DNA of 64,000 nt. Origin: Chrysomallon squamiferum. Its lineage: Eukaryota; Animalia; Mollusca. The DNA is taken from positions 26,784,001 through 26,848,000 of the forward strand of contig CM022671.1 in assembly GCA_012295275.1 (NCBI GenBank), read 5' to 3'. Every line of letters begins with the position of its first letter. The stretch's first letter is position 1. The translations under genes and the position numbers were made by a program. Below are positions 1 through 64,000 of the stretch, in pieces. Under the pieces are notes generated by a model that was not told the origin of the DNA, made no database searches, and was given only the letters and a program-made list of their open reading frames with translations.

Positions 1-33
1 CTGTGTGTGTGTGTGTCTGTGTGTGTGTGTGTC

Positions 34-75
<42 letters not shown>

Positions 76-153
76 TGTGTGTGTCTGTGTGTGTGTGTGT
101 GTCTGTCTCTGTGTGTGTCTGTCTGTCTGTGTGTGTGTGTGTGTCTGTCTGTC

Positions 154-227
<74 letters not shown>

Positions 228-239
228 TGTCTGTTTGTC

Positions 240-295
<56 letters not shown>

Positions 296-311
296 TGTCT
301 GTCTGTTTGTC

Positions 312-344
<33 letters not shown>
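1..344. repeat. (TG)n/(TGTC)n compound microsatellite
   Basis: Directly visible. Confidence 0.97.
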
Positions 345-348
<4 letters not shown>

Positions 349-699
349 GCATGTGGATAATTGGGGAGTTGTTTCTGTGTGTGTTGAGAGAAAGAAAGAG
401 TGTGGATATGTGTATGTGCAGTTGTAAGTGAGAGAAAAAGAGATTGTATGAGTTTGTATACAAGTATCCTTACAAATGAGAATGTCTGGATGTATGCATT
501 TCTGTATGTTGGTTAGTGTTTAGTTACTGTGATAAAACAAACGAAAACAAAAATAATTTCAAGAATGTTGAGTATCGGATATGATGTCACATTTTGTTTT
601 TGTCAACAGATTTTCTTTACCATTATGAGAGTTTCAAAGTGACACTTCAGTTGATCATGATTTCAGAACATACTGACTGTGAACTGTTTTATGTTTCAG

Positions 700-53349
<52,650 letters not shown>

Positions 53350-54156
53350 GACACAGTTTAACAGAGACGTGGTGGTTGATGACCAGCTAAAGCTTGCTGT
53401 GCCAGTGTCAGTGAATCCAGGACTTAAAAAACATTGTCTCCATCTGTGATGTAATCTGTTGGCTGTAAAAACACTAGGTCACCTCTAAATAACACTTAAA
53501 AGAGGAAGTGAAAGATGTGACTGTGTTCAAAGGCAAGAACAAACCCGACAAAACAGTGATCGTCATGTCTTGGGATTTATTTGACTTCTGTTTGATGCTT
53601 GCTGAGTGACAGCATTTTTTTTTTTTTTTCCATTTTATTATTATTATTATTATTATTCATTTATTTATTTATTTTGCAGAAGACATTCTTATATCAAAAA
53701 CTCAGCCTATATAAAAATCTAAATCGTGATTACCAAAAAAAAAAAAAATCTGACATTGTGATAACAGCAGATAGATAGTGTTACAGGTTTTTATCAGCAC
53801 TATACAGTGGATAAATGTAAAAATAAAAAAAAAAAAAAAGAAAAAAAAAAAATCAACAACCTCAGCCAATCACATACATCTTTACAAATAACCAATCAGA
53901 GACGTTGTATTGTTGGTTCAATGACAGCCAGTTAACTGGTGTATTTCCAATTGTGCCTAATGGAGCTTACACGTGAAGCTTTGTTGTGCTTCCCACCAAC
54001 TTGGATCACTGTATTGGTGCTGTGCCTCTCGGCTCAAGTGAAAGAGGAGAGTCAGTGATCTCCCTTTGTTACGGTGCTTTATTCATTTAATCATATCTAT
54101 GCAGACTAAAAAGACAATCCCTTTACTGTTCAGGGATAATGCAGTATTCCAAAGTG

Positions 54157-54192
<36 letters not shown>

Positions 54193-57100
54193 TGTTCTGT
54201 TTTCTGCAAAATTATTTACTCTTTTTATTATTTTGATGTGTCATCTTAATCAATTTTGTGTTATTATCAGAATAAAATAATCAATGTATATAATATTAGA
54301 AAAAAGAAATGAGGCTGTATTGAAAGTCCATGTCTAGCCAAAAATTAAAAAAAAAAAAAAAAAAAAAAATAGACACTAACAGAAATAGAATCAAGTAAAC
54401 TTTTAATATTGAAAACTTTTTGGAGTTCCTGTGACTTTTATATTTTTATTTTAAATTCATTCTTTTTTAAGAATATTAATTTTAGATTCATGTTTTGCAT
54501 TTTAATGTCATCAGCTTCTTTTAGTTATTTTCTTTTAAATCAAATGAAATTCAGTTCAAGCATCACTGATGAATAGTAATTTCATCAACATTGTATATTT
54601 TATATTATATGTCTTCAGCTTTAGCAGTAAGACACGAGAAAAATAGAAGAATACAGATAGTAATGTTCAGATATAATATATTTGTAACTCGGAAAGAAAC
54701 AGTTATGTTAGTAAAAGCTGTCACTTTTCGAACTAATTTTCCAATATTTTTGTTATAAAATCTTAATTTATCATATTGATCTGTTAAAAATATTGGGTGG
54801 AAAGATTTGATCAGTTATTTGAATTCTGGATCTCAGTGCTCAGTAACCATAATTCTTCATAATAATACTTTTGATTTTAAAACAGAATTTCAATTCTTAA
54901 TTTTAAACCACAGCTAAAAATTTTAAATGTCAAAGATTTTTGTGCAAAAAAAATCATTAATTTATTCTTATTCAGGTTTCATTCTTCACTTGAATTTTCA
55001 TCTGGGATTTTATTGCTTCAAGAACTATCACTTTCCAGAATATTTTTTTTGATTTCAAAATAGAGCATGGATTATTATTTTAATTTTAATTTTTAAATGT
55101 AATCTCAATAATATGTTAAAGGCATGTACAAACATTTTTTTTGCTGATAAATATTACTAATTCATCAACTGAATTAAAAATATTGCTTTAATATATGAAT
55201 AGCTTAGTTTTTATAGCATGCACAAAATGTTTTTAATTTTTTTTTAGCCTCACTAGATTCTAGGACATTTTAAAATAGGATAGTAAGAAAAGTAAATACT
55301 TTTAATGAGGATAAAGCTATATCAGTATGCAAAGTTAGTGGTGCTTTGAGACATTGTGCCTTCATATCAGAACATAATAGTGAGTTTCTAAGTATAGACA
55401 TTCCAATACACAGCTTATTAATTCTGAAATATCCATGATGTTATTCAAAGTAGACCAAGAAAACATAAAGAAAATCCTATTTGAAAAAAATTCAAGTAGT
55501 TTATTGCATTTAAGACATAATGTCTTTAATCTTTATTCATTTGTAGTCCAAAACAAAATCATCAGATAAAAAAACAAGTTAAAAGAAAAAATATTTTGTA
55601 CATTTTAAAATACCCAAGAATTTTTCAGCATGGTTATATGCAGTTTATAATGTAGCAGTGTTGAGTTTTGATGTAGATAATTCAACTCATCCTCTTTTAG
55701 TTCGTTGTTAGTATACACCAGTTGATTACTTCAACCAAAGAAAAACTGCTTGTGGAACAGTCACGTTAATTTAATTATGATAGATTTTTGAAAAAAAAAA
55801 AAAATGTTAATTTTAATTTTTGATTTTTATGTTATACTAACACAACATATCATTTTGAAATTTATAAACCTAGGTATTATAAAGATATTGTTTTTAACAA
55901 CATCAATTGAAACAATTCCTGTCTTTTATAATTTATCAGTAGACAGTGACTACCTTAAGATTAAACATCAGAATGATTGCAATTGTAAATAAATAATTTT
56001 ATTTTGATCATTTAGGCTTTATGTATCATTTGACATGTTCAGTATGTTTGCAGTTTAGCTAAGTTACTATTATAATTTCACACTTACTAAATATGTTGTG
56101 ATTATTGCGAGTTTAACATTGGCTAATTTTGTGTGTTTGACTTTTTTGTGATTTTTTAATTATCAGTTTACCTTTTTGCTTGTATTTCTTTCTTTTTTTA
56201 AAAGCCAAATTCGTGAATGTATCTAACACAGTAACCAGAGCAACTGTATATACTTTTATTAATATAAAAAATTTGAAACATTTTGTTACTGATAGTTGCT
56301 ATGGTTATGTGTGTTCAGAATTGTTAATCATATCAAAGAGTTTATTTTTGTAATAATAATGTACAGTGTATTAGTGTCTGAACATTGTATATATAAACAT
56401 ATATATATAAAATAAGGCATCTTTTCTAGTCACCATGGAATACAGTTATTTGACTCTTGATATTTAAATAATCCCTAATAGAAAGTATCACAAAAAAGAT
56501 GACATTTTATAAACCACTGGTAATTTTTAGTCATTTATGTAACAAACAGCTAATTATGTACAAAAAAATAATAATAATAAAAATAAAAAAATCTTTTAAT
56601 TACATGAAATAATAAACAAAAATATTCAGAAAAATGGGGAATAAAAACAAATATCAGGCAGTCAGTTCAGTATTAGAAAAAAAAAGAAAAAAAACATATA
56701 TTGGCATTGCAGGTCCAACATTAAAAAATAAAAAATAAAAATAAAATAATTTCAAAATGCTGCCCATCCAACAGAAAAATTGCAGCTTTTCTGCTGGTGG
56801 TAAAAAGTGTGATGTAGTCATCTGTAAATACCCATCATTAGCTATGCAATTAGAGTCTTTATTATATGTAAAGTGTGGTCTCATGTGTTATGTATATGGA
56901 AATACTGTTTTAAAATATTCCATACTGAGTGTAGGTATTGTTGTTCCTCTGTCTAAATGTATATATACAAAAACTCTTTGTGCTGTTTTAGAAACCAGTT
57001 AGATGTGTGATTGTTGATGTAAAACAATGACTTCGTGTTAATCTTGTAATTACTAAATGTTTTTTTTTTTTTTTTTTTAAAAGAATTGTAAAATATTCAT

Positions 57101-58583
57101 ATGCATGTGTTACACTGTAAATAAAAGCTGTGAGTGATGATGAATGATGGATTGATAAATGTTTATAAATTAATAATTCAGTGGATATGTTTGGTTTTTT
57201 TTTTTTTTTTCATTTCTCTGTTTTTGAATTTCTAAACAAATTTCCTTTTAACATTCATTGCAATGTAAAGTTATTCGATTTTAGAAAAATAAAAATGTTT
57301 TACTAATTTTCTGAAATGTACAATAAAAATACTTTTATGCATCAACTGTATCCATTATTTGTAAACATGAAAGGAAATGAAATGACCATCATTTCAGTGT
57401 GTATTAATAACTTCTTTACTAACACGAGCTTGTTTATTAATGTGTTTATGATTCCCAGTGCATTTCTTAACGATATGTGCATGATAAACATTCAATGGTT
57501 TTGCTGTTTTTGATACATACGTACATATATTTAAAAATAATTTACATTAGTGTTGTATAACTTTTCTGTTTTTAAATACAAAAAAAGCAAATGATTCAGC
57601 TCTTTTCATTTGGATTTTTCTTATTGTTTTAATTGTTTCATATCTAGTATGTTTTAAATGTTCAAAAATAAGATTGGTTAAAACTATCAGGATATCAACT
57701 AAAGAATCTAATGAAACCATCAGTGAAGGCAGTACTCTCACTTACTGTCTCTTTAAACAGATGAAAAAAGTGTCTGGTTGAAGTTGTTATTTCAAGAGAG
57801 ATACTGACTGCTGTTTTATGTGACCAGAATATGAAAATAGTCTTTAGAAATACAGAATCAGTTGACGTTCATGCTTATTAAAGATTAAAAAAATAATAAT
57901 AAAAATATTAGAAGACAGAAAGGCCAAAAAACAAACCATGCTTTTTGACTAAATTTTTATAATTTATTAAATAAAATATTGAATGAGAAAACGTTTCACT
58001 TTAAAAGAACTAAACACCAAAAGGCTAAATGAGTGGGAGTTTTTTTTAATAGTTGATTCATTTCTTCATCGTTTTTTGGTCTTTATTTCATTTTGAATAT
58101 TTTTACAGTAACATTAGTAAATATGTCATTTTATTAGTTTTTATAGTGAAACTGAATTTTTTATTTTTTTTATTTTTGATATCTAAGATTTATTTTTATA
58201 TAGACCACATAACTTATAGCTGTCACCACCAATAGATATTTCACAAAAACCTACATTTAGAAAAAGAAATTTGAAACATTTTATTTTAGTGATAATACAT
58301 ATTTCATCAAAATTTACATTATATCTACATGCAGTTTTAATAATCTTTTTTAATTTATATATAAATTAACTTATTATTATGGTGTTAAAATCTTAACAAT
58401 TAACTAAGCTTTACGAAGAAAGTATTTTAATTATATGTTTTAGAATTTAGTAGAGTATAAACAAAAAAATGCCATCATCTATTTAGAATATTTTTTGTTT
58501 GTGTGTGAATGTTGAACTGTGTTCAGTTTTAGTGTTAGTATGCTCAGTTACTGTTTTACTTACACAGTAATTAAATAACACAG

Positions 58584-59446
58584 GCATTCATGTATGTATG
58601 TATACACAAGGCCTTCAAAAATTAAAAAGTATGCACATTCTCATGTTAAAGCATGCAGATGCTAAATGCATGCAATTCTTCATATATATATATGTACATG
58701 ATTTTAAAAAAAACATTAAAAAAATTATAATAAAAAAAGAATAAAGCAATAAAATATAAATGTTTTGTTTTATTTTGCACAGGTTAGTAAATGAATATTT
58801 AATGAAAGAATGGAAATGGTGTTAAATAATTCCGTTTTCTGCAGCATATTCCAAAATGCGCGACCTTCCACTTACCTAGCGATCAGCGAGTGACGTTGTT
58901 GCATTGATTGACGTCATATTTATATACTTCCGAACAAAGCGGAAGCAAACGACATCGGAAATCTTCGTCAAACGCCATGTTGTTGCAAGGTGGTGTGGAT
59001 TTCTGTTTTCATTTCAATCGTTATTTACAGATTGAAGGGAAAGACAGTGAGGCTCAGTGACAAAGATAAATGTGCAAGTTTCACGTACTAGTACTATGAG
59101 AGCGTTTCTGTGCATGTATATTATTAAACAATTTTTGTAATTTTTTAATCGCGATGTGGTTTACAACAAACACATGCTTACATAATTGATGATGACTAAG
59201 CTTCAGAAAGATAGTATTTGAATTATACACTTTAGACTTAGAAGGGAGTTCAAAAATGTTGTGATAGAATTAAATACCAAGCATTCATGTATGTATGCAC
59301 AAGGTCTTCAAAAAATGAAAATGTATACACATTTTCAAGTTAAAGTAAAGCATGCATATGCTAAATGCATGTGATTCTACAAATATATATACATAAATGA
59401 AAATGAATAAAGCAATAAAATATAAATGTTTTATTTTACAAGCAGG
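58584..59446. repeat. Pair of ~170-200-bp diverged direct repeats (58584-58783 and 59281-59446)
   Basis: Shared GCATTCATGTATGTATG..CAAGG.CTTCAAAAA..GCTAAATGCATG..GAATAAAGCAATAAAATATAAATGTTTT. Confidence 0.9.
58855..58990. promoter_or_regulatory. CpG-rich promoter-like island (CRE, ETS, YY1 motifs)
   Basis: About 12 CpG in 130 bp in CpG-poor DNA; TGACGTCA, ACTTCCG, GCGGAAG, CGCCATGTT. Confidence 0.6.
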
Positions 59447-59534
59447 TCAAATCAAAGCACAATTATAGTTTTAACAAACAACAGTTTCATATCGGTCTGT
59501 TCGTGGCTTAAACAATTAAAGATTTCAAAAATCT

Positions 59535-59598
59535 TCATGCTGATGGATTGGGAATCATCTGGTCACCAGAAGATATGACGGCCTGCCTTTTGTATGTC
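59535..59598 (-). CDS. TIMMDC1: Probable TIMMDC1-like last coding exon: TYKRQAVISSGDQMIPNPSA*
   Basis: ttttttttgcag acceptor in the right phase; AATAAA (minus strand) about 100 nt downstream near 59430. Confidence 0.5.
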
Positions 59599-62500
59599 CT
59601 GCAAAAAAAACCCAGAAAAACATGCTATTGTACACACACAAACACCAAAATAGTATTAAATGTAGTCTACAGAGATAGAACTAATAAGTCTTTTATATAT
59701 GTCCTGATACATAGTATTATAACAATCAAATATATTTTATTACATCAACTTTGCTGAAAAAGGATTTTTGGGGGTTGGAACAAAAACTACTACTATTTAG
59801 ATCAATTCATCAAGATGGGAAAACTCTGGTAGGATGGAATCATGAACCTGGAAAGAACTAGTAGAACAAAATGTAAGAATATCTAAATATTGTCTTTGAA
59901 TTTCAGTTAAAAATTTCTATGAACTTCTGTGCCATCCCAATATTATTTACATGACAAAGAGAAGTAGTGATTCAGATACACTGAAGCAGACATCTGAAAG
60001 AGGCAAGATATTTGAAAAGGGGTAAACTCGAATGATGTTAATGCATGATTAAAAAAAGGAATATTGCAGAACAACATCAACACGATGTGAGGGTATTTGT
60101 TGTGGGTTTTTTGTGCTTTTTTTTAATTTTAGAGAGAAATTATAATTTTCTCATTTTTGTTATTTGTTTTTGCTTTTAAGTATTACTGCTGTCCAATAAC
60201 GACACTTCCTTCTTACCTTTTTTTTTGTATTATTCTGACAAGTTACATGATCTGCCCAGGTTTCAGGCTGAACCTGGGAATAAATCTATAAAAGGATAGT
60301 TCTGTTTTAATCCATAGGTATACATACATCTCATGACCCCACTAAACAGTAAAGATAACAACTGACATCAAATAATAATAGTACACACATACAGAAAACA
60401 GAACATATTTTAAATAAAAGAAAGTCAGTTTGAAATTATTTTTCAGATGTTACAAAATTATTTACAAAATAGATGCATGTAATTTCTATTTACAGTTTGA
60501 AATGTGATAAAGAAAAGAATCAAGATATTTGACGACATTTTATAATTCACAAAAAGGGAAGAAATGTTAGTTTATATTTATTGTTAAGAACCACTGAGAC
60601 GATGAGGACAACCTGCTGTTAACATATTTAACATTTTTCAAATAGCAACAAGGTGTATTTTATACACACCCTACCAAAGACAGTAAAGCAGACACCATAT
60701 GTTTTTAGACAAATCTGTTGTATGCTATTAGCTGACATAGCCTCTATGTATATGTAAATAACACTGATATTCCAGTTACAAGACAATTTTCTTTTTACAG
60801 TAGACTGAACAACATGCAATAAATCAAGTAAGTTATTCCCTTTATAACACTTAAACTACATTGTACTGAAATTTCAAATAATCCAGCCATTTTGTTTTTC
60901 ATATGTACTCAGTGCTTAGAAAACTTGTTGGTTTGAAGGATTGGAAGAGTTGTAGAGTAATGGTGACCATAGCTTTTAAAATGGCAATTTTATTTACACT
61001 AACTCATAATTAATAAAAAAAATATTGTAATGAACTTCAAATTGTTATAATTCATCTCCAAAGTGTAATATGAGGAGAATTAAAAGCTATACCAAACATC
61101 TCCAAAACAATTCCACTGCTTACCCTGCGTAAACATACAACAATCCTCATTAATCAAAATAAGTGAATTCAAGAAATGTATCATTTAATAAATATTTATT
61201 AACAACAAAACACAGTGTACAGAGGAAATAGTATCGCAAGTTGACAACATTCTCTTAACTTACATGTTGTTTTCTATACGCTGCCTAATCTGTTCATAAT
61301 GTCTCTCTTCTTGTGTTTGATGTGCCAGTTTCAGTGCACCCCACACCATCAATCCACACACAGCTCTGTGAAAACCCCCAAAAAAAATAATAAAAATTTG
61401 ATGATAATAACAAGAGTTGGCAAAGTACATGGCAGTAAAGCATTTTAATATCTGTGTACAGATATTTTCTTGTTACAACTGTCATATTACTAACAGTTTA
61501 CTGGTGTTTCAGATTCCCACTAACAGCCCTAATAACAAATAATTATTCTAGAATAAAAATTTCAAATATCTTAGAAAGACAGTGTGTTAACATATGTTGA
61601 TAATAAACCAATATTTAAAGGAATATGGTAACTGAAATGATACATTATAACTAGTTTAAAACAACAAATTTAAAAAATATTTTTGATATTCTATTATAAA
61701 ATGTCATGAGTTAATATTCTTACCCCATGGCTCCACTGATAAGTCCTCCAGCAAACATTCCTCTAGGACCCAGTCCAAACTTGAGTATCGATCCAGTAAC
61801 AGCTGAAAGCAGTAACACTGATTTTTCAGTTTAACACAGACCTGATAGACTGACAACAGTATTACTTCCATAAATACATATTTTAGTTTATTAAATTGTT
61901 AAAGTCAGACCTAGTTGTACATTAAAAACAATAATTTACTACTTTCATTTCTTTATATAAAATTTAAAATATTTAAATTTAAATTTACCTGCTGCTACTG
62001 TATACTCAAAAGGTGAAGTTTTGTTTCGATACACAGCTATACTCTGTGATACCAAGCTGCAAAAGAAAATATTTAGTTAAACAACAAAGGTGATTTCTAA
62101 AATAGATTTTAATCCATCTTCATCACAAAACATACAAGATAAAAGTTTTAACACACCTAATATACAGTAAAAAAAATTTTTTTAAAATTCCCTTCCAAAA
62201 AATTAAATATAATGAAGGCATTGATACAGAGTATATTTTATAGTAAGTCTTTGGAAATCCTGGACACTGGAGGTTTGCTGTTAGAGATGCTGTCTATGGT
62301 AACAATAACACTAGCAAACACACTGAACCAACAGTCACATAGTATAATTGTCTTGACATGTCAGAATTATGCACTTGAATTACACACAAATACACAGGAT
62401 ACTCACAGAAAAGGCAAAGTAAACACTGTTATCTTGAAACCCCATTTCACTCCTTGTTTCATGCTCTCCAAGAAAACAGCATCGTGAATTTTTCGCTACA

Positions 62501-63129
62501 AAGAAAAACATTTAAATTACTTTATATTATTTATTTTTAACCATCTTATATTTAGCAGCAAGTTGTAATTTCTTTGGTTAAGATGACATTATCCTTACAA
62601 TTCATAAATAATTTATCAATTTTCCAATTGTTTTAGCATTTTACTAATTTTTTTCACCTTAAAACATAAACTGAATGGTTAAAAAAAAATGTCATTTTTG
62701 AAACTGGAGATTAAACAAATGTTTAACATGCTGTATTGATACTAGTAAAGATAACTTACGAAAGCCTGAAATTTTGTCTTGAAGACAGTTGCTTTGTTTC
62801 GCATTAGTAACTCTTCTCTAGCACTTCGACCTCCCAGTGTAGACATTATAAGGAAAGTAACAGCTGCTGACTGAAATACTACTTGATTTATAAATGTCAT
62901 CTCAGGACTTTTCTCTCCAATTTCACTACAGTTTAATAAAGAATAAAATTGAATTTCAAAATCCATAAACTGAACTGTTTATACTACAAATAATTTAAAT
63001 ACAAAATAATTACTTCTTTGTTTTGAGAGACCTCCACAAACACACATAGCTATATACACATTTGTGCAGTATGTATGACTGTATGTAAGTATCATTCCAC
63101 AGATAAATTTATATATATATATATGTACA

Positions 63130-63171
<42 letters not shown>

Positions 63172-63833
63172 CATATAGATACACAGATACATATAAAAGT
63201 AGAAAGAATGATGGCAATTTAATTAATAAGAAAACCTCGATTTTTATGTTCACTTTGCAGAATGTTATGTTTTATTCTTTTTTTTTAAATTTTGTCTTGA
63301 AAAAAATGGTTCCCTTCCTAAAAATAAATAACATGAAACGAAAATACTCACTTCCCGTAAAACATGTCATGCAGTCTATCAATTCCAGTTTCTTTTGACA
63401 AATAGTTCTTAATGTCTTCGTCTTTCACAATGACTTTTTCACAGTGGTTTTTCTCTTCTTTCATTTCAGAAGTAGCAGTGTGTTTCATTCTCTCTGACAC
63501 TCCATCATTTTCTGCTGCATATACCTTCCACAACCACGACAATGAAAACCATGATACACCAGTTCTTGTTAAAATGTTAACTTTACTAACTAATGTTTGC
63601 AAAGTACTGTCATTTTTATGATTCTCCTGGATATATTCTACAGTTCTAAGATTTCTTGCTGATAAACTACTTGTCAAACTGATACATAAACATTGATGCT
63701 TCCTCTCATCGTGTTTGTTTACCAAATGAATGTGAAACTTTGGATTTGAAAAGATATTTAACAATTTTGTATGTATTTTCAGTGATGGATTGTCAGCAGG
63801 ACTGTCCTTTTCAGAACTTTCTGTCACAGCCAT
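59535..63833 (-). CDS. TIMMDC1: TIMMDC1-like mitochondrial complex I assembly factor (Tim17/22/23 family); exons 63833-63352, 62925-62760, 62495-62407, 62056-61989, 61802-61724, 61365-61264, probable last 59598-59535
   Basis: Phase-consistent GT-AG splicing gives ETGIDRLHDMF, GVKWGFKITVF, VYRNKTSPFEY..A.AVTGSILK..LGPRGM.AGG, matching recalled TIMMDC1 motifs (ESGWDRL, GWRWGWR, VYRNK, AVTGSLF). Last exon uncertain. Confidence 0.85.
61264..61365 (-). CDS. TIMMDC1: TIMMDC1-like exon: AVCGLMVWGALKLAHQTQEERH
   Basis: tcacag/gtaagt; phase 2 to 2. Confidence 0.85.
61724..61802 (-). CDS. TIMMDC1: TIMMDC1-like exon: AVTGSILKFGLGPRGMFAGG
   Basis: tttcag/gtaaga; glycine-rich TM segment. Confidence 0.88.
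61989..62056 (-). CDS. TIMMDC1: TIMMDC1-like exon: LVSQSIAVYRNKTSPFEY
   Basis: ttgcag/gtaaat; VYRNK motif. Confidence 0.88.
62407..62495 (-). CDS. TIMMDC1: TIMMDC1-like exon: RKIHDAVF...GVKWGFK
   Basis: ttgtag/gtgagt. Confidence 0.87.
62760..62925 (-). CDS. TIMMDC1: TIMMDC1-like exon: EIGEKSPEM...KFQAF
   Basis: ctgtag/gtaagt; phase 2 to 0. Confidence 0.85.
63352..63833 (-). CDS. TIMMDC1: TIMMDC1-like first coding exon
   Basis: ORF MAVTESS...ETGIDRLHDMFYG; gtgagt donor; acceptor at 63896-63897 implies an upstream UTR exon outside the window. Confidence 0.8.
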
Positions 63834-64000
63834 TATTTTAGTACACTGGATTTTCTTGTTTCTTGTCAGTTAGAGTTCACTGGTCATTTCTGATGCTAAA
63901 AGAAGATAAAATATGTAAATACATAAAATATCAAGTGTCAATTTAAAATCAATTTAATATATAATATGTTGTTGTTGGTTTTTTTTTTTTTTTTTCATTC

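Noticed and set aside
3-431. Cys/Val-rich ORFs, and similar HT/ER/poly-I/poly-R ORFs at 22206-22564, 27054-27470, 32691-32900 and 33310-33680
   Set aside because: Translations of microsatellites, not genes.
58868-58900. ACTTACCT resembling the U1 snRNA 5' end
   Set aside because: No similarity to the rest of U1; better read as a minus-strand donor.
57125-59260. C-box-like TGATGA motifs suggesting snoRNAs
   Set aside because: No suitably spaced CTGA D box or terminal stem found.

Overview
AT-rich, microsatellite-dense animal genomic DNA, probably a lophotrochozoan such as a mollusc (taxon is inferred). The + strand carries the 3' two-thirds of a class-A plexin gene in 30 exons from 700 to the stop at 53349, covering PSI/TIG and IPT domains, the TM helix and the split Ras-GAP with RBD. 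The Sema domain lies upstream of the window. Two large introns (869-9794 and 9886-32396) hold islands of enhancer-like sequence. As given, the plexin CDS has three single-base homopolymer frameshifts and one scrambled exon, most likely assembly errors. A convergent - strand gene encodes a TIMMDC1-like (Tim17/22/23 family) complex I assembly factor (CDS from 63833; last exon ambiguous). The most notable unexplained structures are: minisatellites built from the splice-acceptor sequence itself, a duplicated donor site bracketing one exon, extreme exon-to-exon GC3 switching, and an orphan CpG-rich promoter-like island flanked by direct repeats between the two gene ends. All coordinates were derived by hand from the sequence, and no database searches were run.
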